Source of the DNA: Christensenella sp. UBA2853
GTDB taxonomy: Bacteria; Bacillota; Clostridia; Christensenellales; Aristaeellaceae
DNA: 64,000 nucleotides
Direction of reading: 5' to 3'
NCBI GenBank assembly: GCA_002350845.1
Contig: DEFL01000013.1
Location: forward strand, 4,430-68,429
Below, piece after piece: positions 18,871-27,095 of this stretch (within the stretch, counting starts at the first letter, position 1; each line of letters opens with the position of its first letter). The position numbers and the translations under genes were made by a program. The notes below the pieces were generated by a model. That model was not told where the DNA came from. It worked only from the letters and a program-made list of their open reading frames with translations, and did not search any database.

Positions 18871-19746
18871 ATGGCATTTGGAAAAGAGCAATACAGGGAA
18901 ATCAATGAACTTCTGAACGCCAAGTTCGAAGAAAAAAAAGTCCTGATCTGTGCCCATCGGGGCAGCTGGCATGGCAATGTCATTCAGAATACGACCATGG
19001 CCTACAAAGCTGCCCTGATGCAGGGCGCTGACATTGTAGAAACTGATACCACGGCTTCGTATGACGGTGAAGTATTCTCCATCCATGACGGCGTGGAACC
19101 GCGCCTGTTCGGCTGGAACAAAAACAGTGCGCACCTGTCGGCCGATCAGATTTCCGCTTTTCATCCGCTCAATGGACTGGGCGAACCCAGCTCTCATCAT
19201 ATTCAGAAGCTTGAAGAAGTGTTCGACTTCCTGTGTCATGACGAACTCATCAACATTGACCGCACCTGGCGCGCTGCGGGAAAAGTCCCTGCTCTTCTGG
19301 ATCAACACCCGCACATGCTCAGGCAGGCCATACTGAAAGCCCCTCTGTCCCATCGGGAGATCCTGGATCAGCTGGAAAATCACCCGGTCAAGTATATGTT
19401 TATGCCCATCTGTTATTCACTCGCCGATGTCGAAGAAGCGCTTGCCTACAGGAATCTCAACATGGTCGGTGTTGAACTGATTGCCTTCAGCAATGACGAT
19501 GAGCTGTTCAGTGATGAAGCCATCCGGTACATTCACAGTAAAAACCTGTTCACCTGGGTCAACGCACTGACGCTGACCGATGTTCCGCCCTACAAGCCGC
19601 TGTACGGTGATCTGGACGATGATATTTCCATTCTCGAAGGGCCTGATCGCGGCTGGGGCCGGCTTTTCGATAAGCAGATCGATGTCATTCAGACCGACTG
19701 GCCAGCTCTTGTAAAGAACTACCGCTTCGGGCGGATCGGCTGCTAA
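18871..19746 (+). CDS. Glycerophosphodiester phosphodiesterase (GDPD) family protein, 291 aa
   Basis: ICAHRGSW and IVETD motifs; starts 5 nt after the permease stop. Confidence 0.7.
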   Translation: MAFGKEQYREINELLNAKFEEKKVLICAHRGSWHGNVIQNTTMAYKAALMQGADIVETDTTASYDGEVFSIHDGVEPRLFGWNKNSAHLSADQISAFHPLNGLGEPSSHHIQKLEEVFDFLCHDELINIDRTWRAAGKVPALLDQHPHMLRQAILKAPLSHREILDQLENHPVKYMFMPICYSLADVEEALAYRNLNMVGVELIAFSNDDELFSDEAIRYIHSKNLFTWVNALTLTDVPPYKPLYGDLDDDISILEGPDRGWGRLFDKQIDVIQTDWPALVKNYRFGRIGC

Positions 19747-19770
19747 CCATTCTGTTTTCAAGTGCAGGAA

Positions 19771-19808
19771 GGGCCGAACGGATCCATTTCCGTCCGGCCC
19801 TTTATCTG
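19771..19808 (+). terminator. Intrinsic terminator of the ABC-GDPD operon
   Basis: GGGCCGAACGGA-tccatt-TCCGTCCGGCCC followed by TTTATCTG. Confidence 0.7.
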
Positions 19809-19840
19809 CTTCTGAGTCAAATCATCATCCACAGATAAGA

Positions 19841-19884
19841 GAAACGCCTGCTGATCATCCTTTCAGCAGGCGTTTCTGTTTTTC
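19841..19884. terminator. Strong hairpin terminator, usable from both strands (ends the minus-strand ABC exporter operon)
   Basis: GAAACGCCTGCTGA-tcatcct-TTCAGCAGGCGTTTC flanked by T-rich runs. Confidence 0.8.
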
Positions 19885-19922
19885 TCCTGAAAAGAACATG
19901 CTCCTATGCGGAAGCATGCACT

Positions 19923-21347
19923 TTACCGCTTATCCTTGTCAATAAACTCCAGGGTAATGACTGTAAAAAGCGCATAGATGAGGGTGAAGAAGATGATGCT
20001 GAACCAGTAAGACAGAATATTGTCCTCCGTTCTTTCATACGCCTCAACACGGCTGACCGCAGCGGTCTGTGTCCGAACGAGATCCTTGATTTTTTCTTCT
20101 CCCACCAGTTCCATCAGACGGCCCACAGTGGTCCGAACGGTGACGTTCTCCCCTCTGCGGCTCTGCGCGTCCGGACTGACAGCGATGATGTCGATCAGTT
20201 CACCCACTGTCGTCTGTCTGCCAATGACCACATCTTTCACATCTTCAATCATGGATTCCAGTTCAAACCGGTCGATCAGTTCACCTGCTTTGACCGGTCC
20301 ACCGTCTGCACCGCGAAGAAGCTGGGAATTTTCAAGGAATGTCCTGACCAGAGCCGCCTCAGGGCTTGCTGAGGCTCCTTCTGCATTTCCGCCGATGAGT
20401 GCGTCCATCAGCGGGCCGACCTCTACGGGCTGTTCCCGGAACTGCTGATAGGCAGCGGAAGAACTGATCATACTCCATGCATTCCCAACAGTTGTGGTCG
20501 CATCCACTTCCCTGCTCCGAATCGCAGCAACCAGTTGATTGTCTCCATTGGAGAGATAATCCAGAATCTGGCCGACCGTTGCTGTGCCGCCGATTTCCTT
20601 GTCCTTCAACTTGACGAGTGTCGACCACGCTGTATCCATCGGTGCATTGTTATAGTCGGCCTGTGCAGCAATACATTTGAGTGCATAGTTCGAAATGGTA
20701 AACTGGGAAATGCTTTCAGACCATGCAGGAAGTGAGAAAATGCCGCCGGAAAAAACCAGCTGAAAAATCAGAACAAACGGCATGACGGTCATTGCTGTGG
20801 TCGTCGTATGTGCAAGAGACGATATCCACAGTGACAGCATGTCCGAGGCATACGAGATCAGGAACAGGGTAAACGCAAGATCGACAATCAGCCATGGCGT
20901 GAATAATCCTTTTGCAGGGAACTGCACTCCGACATACCTGAATACCACAACGGTCAGGATGGACTGTGCCAGGCAGAGCAGTGCCTGATAAATCATATGT
21001 GCACAGACATAAGAAGAGATATGCATGCCCGAACGGTGCTCACGTTTGATAATCGGCCGCTCGCGGCAGATCGCCTGAATGGAGTTGAAGCAGCCATTCC
21101 AGATCGCCACACACGTCAGGGCAAATGCGCCCATCAGATCGCCTTCCATGTTCAGGAAAAACTTTTTTCTGACGACCATGGCGACAAGGGCCGCAATCAG
21201 TGCAGCCATGGGCAGCACTTTCCAGTCATTTTCATAGACGAACATGCGCAGCATCTTTCCCAGATAAATGCGGACCTGTGCAAGGCGCCCGCGATGCCGC
21301 ATCCTATAACTATGTCTCCGCCTTCCTTCGGCGTTTACTTCAGCCAT
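19923..21347 (-). CDS. ABC-2/ABCG-like exporter permease with a 215-aa repeat-containing loop between TM5 and TM6, 474 aa
   Basis: Six TM helices; start set at MAEVNA (GGAGGTG RBS), overlapping the ATPase stop by 8 nt; loop holds four T(T/A)TVG repeats. Confidence 0.75.
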   Translation of the reverse strand: MAEVNAEGRRRHSYRMRHRGRLAQVRIYLGKMLRMFVYENDWKVLPMAALIAALVAMVVRKKFFLNMEGDLMGAFALTCVAIWNGCFNSIQAICRERPIIKREHRSGMHISSYVCAHMIYQALLCLAQSILTVVVFRYVGVQFPAKGLFTPWLIVDLAFTLFLISYASDMLSLWISSLAHTTTTAMTVMPFVLIFQLVFSGGIFSLPAWSESISQFTISNYALKCIAAQADYNNAPMDTAWSTLVKLKDKEIGGTATVGQILDYLSNGDNQLVAAIRSREVDATTTVGNAWSMISSSAAYQQFREQPVEVGPLMDALIGGNAEGASASPEAALVRTFLENSQLLRGADGGPVKAGELIDRFELESMIEDVKDVVIGRQTTVGELIDIIAVSPDAQSRRGENVTVRTTVGRLMELVGEEKIKDLVRTQTAAVSRVEAYERTEDNILSYWFSIIFFTLIYALFTVITLEFIDKDKR

Positions 21348-22671
21348 TCTGCACCTCCGCATATCTTTCAATGAATTCGTCTGCCCTGCCTTCGCCGCCT
21401 TCTTCTTTGCGGTTAATGGCCATGACAACTTCCTCCATCTTTTCTTTTCCGAAAAATGCACGGGCTTCTTCAATCGGTCCAAAGAAGGCAAGCCTGCCTG
21501 TCCTGTTCTTGTCCTTGGCCAGAACAATGACATCATCAAAGAGATCAATCACACGGTCCGGCGTATGCGTAATCACGATCACAATCTTGCCCTGATTGGC
21601 AATCGCGCGAAGCTGCTCCATCAGCTCTCTGGCCATGACGCCGTCCAGGCCGGAATCCGGTTCATCCAGAATAAACAGAGAAGGATTGGAAATGAATTCC
21701 ATCGCGATGGAGGCCCGTTTTTTCTGCCCTCCGGAAAGCTTCTCCACGAGGTTATTCTTCACCGGTTCCAGACCGAAGATCTTCATGACTTCTTCCACTC
21801 TTGCCCTGCGCTGAGCGCGTGAAACCCCCAGCGGCACCCGCAGAAGGGACGCATCCATGAGTGTGTGGTATACAGTATCTTTTCCGCGCATCAGTTCCTG
21901 CTGTGGAACAAAACCGACTTCATACTGCATCTTCTTGTATTCGCTGTATATGTTTCCACCGTTCAGTGTGACCTTGGCTTTGGCCTTTTCATAACCGTTG
22001 ACAGCATTAAGGAATGTTGTCTTTCCTGCGCCGGAACCTCCCAGAAGCAGCACCATATGCCCGGGTTTGATATACATATGGATGTCATAAAGAAGATACT
22101 TTTTCTGAAAGAATTCGGTTGCAGTGCGTTCATCCAGGTTGACGGTCAGACCTTCCTTCATGCCCTCAATGTTATGACCCTGAATGGTTGCAAGTGAAGC
22201 CCTCTGGATTTCCTCCGCTTTCCATTCGGGCTGGAACTTTTTGGAAAGGCCCCAGATCGGCGCAACAAGAAAGTCTGCAAACAGCCACGGGATAATCCAC
22301 CATTTACTGACGCCATAGACTTCCGTCAAACCATTGTATACGCGGATTTCATAAATCAGACGAGTAAAGAGCAAAATCGTAAAAAACAGGCCGAAGATCA
22401 CACCGCCTGCATCGTTTTTTATGAATTCCAGCGCAATCGTGCATGCGGTCATCATGAAGGCCAGAACACTTGTCACACGGCCTTCCGGCTCCCGTCCTGC
22501 ACATCTGGCAAGCATGTACTCTCTCGCCCACGGGCAAAACGCCCACCAGCCTTTTACCCCTGACTTTTGGAAGAGAAACCAGAATCCCAGCCAGACTCCA
22601 ACGGACATGAGAATGTTTTCCACTTCATCCCCATTAAAAAAAATCAGTAAAAGCGCCTGTAAAACCGTCAT
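21340..22671 (-). CDS. ABC transporter ATP-binding protein with an N-terminal 4-TM membrane domain (about 150 aa), 443 aa
   Basis: Walker A GGSGAGKTT, signature LSGGQKKR, Walker B LFILDEPDSGLD; hydrophobic N-terminal extension. Confidence 0.85.
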   Translation of the reverse strand: MTVLQALLLIFFNGDEVENILMSVGVWLGFWFLFQKSGVKGWWAFCPWAREYMLARCAGREPEGRVTSVLAFMMTACTIALEFIKNDAGGVIFGLFFTILLFTRLIYEIRVYNGLTEVYGVSKWWIIPWLFADFLVAPIWGLSKKFQPEWKAEEIQRASLATIQGHNIEGMKEGLTVNLDERTATEFFQKKYLLYDIHMYIKPGHMVLLLGGSGAGKTTFLNAVNGYEKAKAKVTLNGGNIYSEYKKMQYEVGFVPQQELMRGKDTVYHTLMDASLLRVPLGVSRAQRRARVEEVMKIFGLEPVKNNLVEKLSGGQKKRASIAMEFISNPSLFILDEPDSGLDGVMARELMEQLRAIANQGKIVIVITHTPDRVIDLFDDVIVLAKDKNRTGRLAFFGPIEEARAFFGKEKMEEVVMAINRKEEGGEGRADEFIERYAEVQNG

Positions 22672-22696
22672 CTGTTTCGGTCACCCTTTTCCACTT

Positions 22697-23110
22697 TCAT
22701 GTCTTGATCCGCTTTTTTATGGTCAACACGTTCTGGTCATTGCACCGCTGATACTGAATTTCATCCATGGTTTTCTTCACCAGAAAGATTCCGAGACCGC
22801 CCACTGACCTGTTTTCAGCTGCCAGTGTGGTGTCAGGATCCGTTTTTTCAAGAGGATCGTACGGAATGCCATGATCCAAAAAGGTTATAGAAACCATGCC
22901 GCTCTGCTGATCATATGCAAACCGGACAGTGGCAAGTCCGACATTTGGCGCATATGCATAAAAGGCAATGTTGCTGAAAAGCTCATCGATCGCGATATCA
23001 ATCTGTGTCTGTGCTTTTAAAGGACAGTCGAGTCTTTCCAGCTCGGCATCAATGAACGCTGTGACTTCGGAAATGTTTTCCACCCTGGCATCCAGCGTCA
23101 GCTCTTTCAC
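22697..23110 (-). CDS. RsbW/SpoIIAB-type anti-sigma-like serine kinase (GHKL, HATPase_c_2-like), about 137 aa
   Basis: N-box-like AIDELFSNIAFYAY, DHGIPYDP, VGGLGIFLVKK; start set at the GTG at 23110 by alignment with the paralog MKELTL at 53257. Confidence 0.8.
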   Translation of the reverse strand: MKELTLDARVENISEVTAFIDAELERLDCPLKAQTQIDIAIDELFSNIAFYAYAPNVGLATVRFAYDQQSGMVSITFLDHGIPYDPLEKTDPDTTLAAENRSVGGLGIFLVKKTMDEIQYQRCNDQNVLTIKKRIKT

Positions 23111-23189
23111 CGTCCTCACCCCTTGCCTGTTTCATCTACTTGATGAGTGCATGCTTTCTATAGCAAACCGTTTCGCAGAATGAAGCGAA

Positions 23190-23792
23190 TCAAACCAGTT
23201 TCTTCAGGATGATCATCTCTGTCAATTCTCCCCGGATACTGACCTTAATCTCATCCGCCACATGAGTAACCACTGACTTTTCCAGTTCATCCCATATTCT
23301 GATTGCGTCTTCATCCTGCTGCCTGACGCGGCTGTTGATTTCATTCTGGTATTCTGTCATGCTCCAATCCCAGTCCAGCGTAGGCGTAGAGGACATCTCC
23401 TGCGGATTGGAAAGAAGAAGAGGTGAAGGTGCAACCGCGCCATCCTCTGCATTGCGCTCAAAGAAATCGCGAAGACGGCCCATCAGTCCTTTGGCCATTT
23501 CATTTTTCCCGCTGGAAGAAGCAGAAAGCAGCTGTCCGCGCTTTTCAGCGTTCAGTCTGGTCTCAACCTGCAGGTGCAGCTGATAGACATCATCGCGGTC
23601 CTCAATCCAGAACCTTCCGTCCGCCTTTCCGGTAATGGACCGCATCATGCCCATCATTTCTTCGGCCAGCAGGCGAAGCTGGAGTTCATTGCGTGATGAA
23701 AGCTTTTTGTAAGCAGCCACCTTGCCTGTCTGATTCAGGGCTGCTTCCATTTGATTCCCGTCATTGGAAACCAATATCACGTCGGTTTTCAT
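23190..23792 (-). CDS. Hypothetical protein, 200 aa, embedded between the STAS and kinase genes
   Basis: ATG 9 nt after the STAS stop, with GTGAGG RBS; no motif I recognise; the N-terminal half loosely resembles the helical N-terminus of GHKL anti-sigma kinases but lacks G-boxes. Confidence 0.6.
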   Translation of the reverse strand: MKTDVILVSNDGNQMEAALNQTGKVAAYKKLSSRNELQLRLLAEEMMGMMRSITGKADGRFWIEDRDDVYQLHLQVETRLNAEKRGQLLSASSSGKNEMAKGLMGRLRDFFERNAEDGAVAPSPLLLSNPQEMSSTPTLDWDWSMTEYQNEINSRVRQQDEDAIRIWDELEKSVVTHVADEIKVSIRGELTEMIILKKLV

Positions 23793-23801
23793 GCCTGCGC
23801 C

Positions 23802-24098
23802 TCACTCAATGGTCAGAATATCTGAAAAACCTGTCACTTCAAATACCTCTGCCACAATCTCATTGACATGCGTGACTTTCATGCCATCCTTTTTGCTCAT
23901 CACCTTATGGGCAGCCAGGAGAACACGAAGGCCGGCAGAAGAAATATAATCCAGCTTGCTGAAGTCAAAAACCAGACTGTCAGCACCATTCATGGACTGA
24001 TTCAGTTCCGCCTCCAGTTCAGGCGCAGTCATGGTGTCCAGTCTGCCTTCCACTGCAATTTCCAGGTTTCCGCCGTTTTGTTTTTTGATGATGTTCAT
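23802..24098 (-). CDS. STAS-domain anti-sigma-factor antagonist (SpoIIAA/RsbV-like), 98 aa
   Basis: DYISSAGLRVLL phosphorylatable-Ser motif; AGGAGGAAAAAA RBS. Confidence 0.9.
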   Translation of the reverse strand: MNIIKKQNGGNLEIAVEGRLDTMTAPELEAELNQSMNGADSLVFDFSKLDYISSAGLRVLLAAHKVMSKKDGMKVTHVNEIVAEVFEVTGFSDILTIE

Positions 24099-24273
24099 GG
24101 TGTTTTTTCCTCCTGTTTCTGTTCAATACTCTCATCATTTTCCTTTGCAGGAAATAAGGATTTCCGCGATGTCGTCATCGCGCATCAGCCATAGAATCCG
24201 TCTTCACCGCATACGGCGTCTATGCACGCATGCCGTGTACGGATCAAATAATCCAATGGTCTTGATTGCAATT

Positions 24274-24303
24274 ATTATACCAGACAAAGACTGCATGTGA
24301 CAA
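24274..24303 (-). promoter_or_regulatory. Sigma-A-like promoter of the STAS-X-kinase-ABC operon
   Basis: Minus strand: -35 TTGTCA (24303-24298), 18-nt spacer, extended -10 TGgTATAAT (24282-24274); implies a 5' UTR of about 165 nt. Confidence 0.5.
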
Positions 24304-24347
24304 TAAACACATAAGAAAAGCACAGACCTGCCATCGTGATATGTTGA

Positions 24348-26090
24348 TCAGTTGGCTCTCAGTTTCAGTGTCAGATTGTTCAGGTTCAGAGAATACGTGT
24401 AATTGGCTTCATCCGCAATCGCAAGCACCAGTCGGATGCCCAGCGCAACCTTTCCCTCATCGGGAATATAATGCACCGGATCAAAGGCACGGCAGTCATC
24501 TCTGAATCGCAGCACCCAGCGCTCACCCTTGCTGATGACGCGGACGGAAAGATGGTGTTTTTTCTTGTCCGCACTGAACCCGTGCTGGATAATATTCCCT
24601 GCCATCTCCTCAATGCACAGCGCAATATGATTGCTGACTTTTGCGCTCTGACCATGCTCAAGGCAAAACGCTTCCGCCTGCTTCACCACCCGCGCCACTT
24701 CCTCCATGGAGGCAATAGTGGCTTCCATCAGGCAGTCTCCCCTGACACCAAAATCACGGTCCAGCATCAGGCATGCATCCTCTTTCCACGGCATGGAACC
24801 GGTCTTCCATCGAATATAGACACAAATGGAAACCAGCGTCAGCAATTCACCCAGGCCAAAGTTCAGCCACACACCGTTTGCTCCCATGAATGCACTGCAA
24901 ACAAGGGCAGAAAGAATCGGAAACAGGGTGCCTTCTACCACTGAAATCAGTTCTGTCAGTCTGACCCGCTCGGTTCCCTGGTACATATTTTTGAATGCAT
25001 TGTTGAAGCAGCAGGGAATCAGGCCTATGGCAAACAGTCTTGCGCCAAGCACAGCCATTCTCTGTGTGTCTCCGGCATTGGGAATAAACAGGGATACAAA
25101 AGCCGGTGCAATCAGGAGCAGAATGCCGCCGACCGCCAGCCCAAGGATCACCCCATACCGGCACATCTGCCGGAACAGCTCCCGGAGGCTTGTGCGGTCT
25201 TCCTCGTTATAAAAGATACCTGATAAGGTCAGGGAAACCCCGCCGACACCGGTTGAAATGCAGTTGCTGGCATTACCTATCGTCATGATCACAGAGTAGG
25301 CAGCAATAGCCTGGCTCCCTCCGCGGAACGTGAGAATCTTATTGAGCACAAAGACCAGGATCACAGAGGTAATCATGCCGACACCGGCCGGTATTCCTCC
25401 CCGGAACAGCTCTGAGATTTTCTTCCCGCTGACAAGCTTCCAGGAAAAATGGAACACACATTTCTTGGAAAGGAAATAAAAGCCGGAAATCAGCATGGCC
25501 AGATAATAGCTCACGGAGGATGCCAACCCCATGCCAAACATGCCGCCATGGAAGACAAACACATTGAGGATGTCCAGAGCAACGTCTGCAACGGTCATGG
25601 TGAGCACCGCTGTGATCAGAATCCCGGTCTGCCCCGCCATCTGCAGGAACGGGACCAGCACCAGCGCGCCCATGGAAGCCGGTGCTCCAATGCTGAAACC
25701 ACGGAGATAATCCCTTGTCTTTTCAAAAAAGCCGCCTTCGCTTCCTGCCCCCATGAAGTTCGCCAGCGGTGAACTCAAAAGAAGGACGATCACCATAAAG
25801 GCCACCGAGACGCAACCGCCCACAGCCAGTGCAGAGGAATATCCGGCGTTGGTTTCTTCCTGGGATCCCCTGCCCAGGGACTTGCTGCAGGCCGCCTGGA
25901 TGCCGGAGGCCAGCAGACTGCCCAGTGCTCCGATCACCAACAGGACCGGATTGGACAGTCCATACGCCGCAATGGCTTCCTCGCCAAGGAAGCGTGAAAT
26001 CATCACACTGTCGATCATCAGACACAGAGACACCGTCAGTGCTGCAAAAATCTGTGCCGTGAGCATTTGACGTGTAAGTTTACGGATCAT
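24348..26090 (-). CDS. MATE family efflux transporter fused to a C-terminal RsbW-like GHKL domain, about 580 aa
   Basis: 12-TM MATE core, then about 140 aa with ALCIEEMAGNIIQHG, LRFRDDCRAFDP and GIRLVLAIADE; ATG at 26090 after AAAGGAG. Confidence 0.75.
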   Translation of the reverse strand: MIRKLTRQMLTAQIFAALTVSLCLMIDSVMISRFLGEEAIAAYGLSNPVLLVIGALGSLLASGIQAACSKSLGRGSQEETNAGYSSALAVGGCVSVAFMVIVLLLSSPLANFMGAGSEGGFFEKTRDYLRGFSIGAPASMGALVLVPFLQMAGQTGILITAVLTMTVADVALDILNVFVFHGGMFGMGLASSVSYYLAMLISGFYFLSKKCVFHFSWKLVSGKKISELFRGGIPAGVGMITSVILVFVLNKILTFRGGSQAIAAYSVIMTIGNASNCISTGVGGVSLTLSGIFYNEEDRTSLRELFRQMCRYGVILGLAVGGILLLIAPAFVSLFIPNAGDTQRMAVLGARLFAIGLIPCCFNNAFKNMYQGTERVRLTELISVVEGTLFPILSALVCSAFMGANGVWLNFGLGELLTLVSICVYIRWKTGSMPWKEDACLMLDRDFGVRGDCLMEATIASMEEVARVVKQAEAFCLEHGQSAKVSNHIALCIEEMAGNIIQHGFSADKKKHHLSVRVISKGERWVLRFRDDCRAFDPVHYIPDEGKVALGIRLVLAIADEANYTYSLNLNNLTLKLRAN

Positions 26091-26149
26091 TCCGTGCACT
26101 CCTTTTCTGTTTCAGGTTATGCGCCCGTGCCGCCACCATCTCTGATCAC

Positions 26150-26845
26150 TCAGGAACGTTTTCCCCCAATGGATGCGACGGGAAAAGAGAAATAGGTCTG
26201 CGGAAACGGCTCATTTTCCAGTGTAAAATGCCACCACTCCGAGCTCAGGGGACGGAACCCGTTCCGGATCATGCTTTCCCGCAGCAGCATACGGTTTGCA
26301 TACTGTGCTTCTGTAATCCCTGTGTAATCCGGGTGGCTCAGTTCGCCGAAAAAGTCAAACGGGCCGCCCATATCCGCCTCTTTCTGCAGCCTCATGTCAA
26401 ACAGCGTCAGATCGACCGTGCTCCCCCGGCTGTGACCCGAGTGCGCGGCAATATACCCCTGCGGTATGAGCACTTTCTTGTCCAGGGCAGGATAAAAATA
26501 CGCCTTCATGCGGATATCCTCTGTATCCTCTGCCCATCTCATAAAATGTGCCACTGCGCACTGCGGTCGGTAGGCGTCAAAGATTTTCAGGCGGAATCCC
26601 TTTTCCATCAGTTCATCGGCCGCCGCTTTCAGTGCATGCGCTGCCTCACGCGTCAGCAGCGCAATCGGTTCCTCATACCCATCAATCCGGTCACCAATAA
26701 AATTAAATGTAGAATAATAGCGGATTTCCAGAATGACATCCCTGACCACTTCACTGACAGCAACAAAGTCTGCCGCGTCATCAGAATAGATGATGCCTGA
26801 CTCTGCTTTCATCCAGTGATCGGTTTCTGTTTTCTGCGTCATCAT
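26150..26845 (-). CDS. D-alanyl-D-alanine dipeptidase, VanX/DdpX family (M15D), about 231 aa
   Basis: SGHSRGSTVDL zinc-site motif, EWWHF, FDAYRP; ATG at 26845 after GGGGGA. Confidence 0.75.
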   Translation of the reverse strand: MMTQKTETDHWMKAESGIIYSDDAADFVAVSEVVRDVILEIRYYSTFNFIGDRIDGYEEPIALLTREAAHALKAAADELMEKGFRLKIFDAYRPQCAVAHFMRWAEDTEDIRMKAYFYPALDKKVLIPQGYIAAHSGHSRGSTVDLTLFDMRLQKEADMGGPFDFFGELSHPDYTGITEAQYANRMLLRESMIRNGFRPLSSEWWHFTLENEPFPQTYFSFPVASIGGKRS

Positions 26846-27019
26846 ATGGTTTCCCCCTTGCATACAAACCGGGCATGCTGCCTGCTTCCGGTATCCGTGA
26901 ACGAAATGGATTGTATCATTTTTTTGCTTTCCCGTCTCTCCCTGATCTGCAGTTCATGAAAAGCATCTCCGTCATGAAGGTTACGCCGGATCTGCACGAG
27001 CACGGAAAAGCATTCCGTG

Positions 27020-27060
27020 AAAAAGATCCCGGCAGCTCATTGCTTCATGGCCGCCGGGAT
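27020..27060 (-). terminator. Intrinsic terminator ending the peptide-exporter operon
   Basis: Minus strand: CCCGGC-n21-GCCGGG followed by ATCTTTTT, 36 nt after the ABC stop. Confidence 0.7.
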
Positions 27061-27095
27061 ACCGCTTTGAATGATCTTTTTCTCTGGCTTTGATC

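Noticed and set aside
21348-21548. 67-aa N-terminal extension of the ABC-2 permease ORF
   Set aside because: It lies entirely inside the 3' end of the ATPase gene in another frame. The GGAGGTG RBS precedes the internal ATG at 21347, which gives a normal 8-nt coupled overlap.
24099-24273. c-di-GMP (GEMM-I) riboswitch in the STAS operon leader
   Set aside because: I could not find the paired GNRA-tetraloop/receptor hairpins or the conserved ACGCAAAGC / GGCAAACC-type elements. Only generic hairpins are present.
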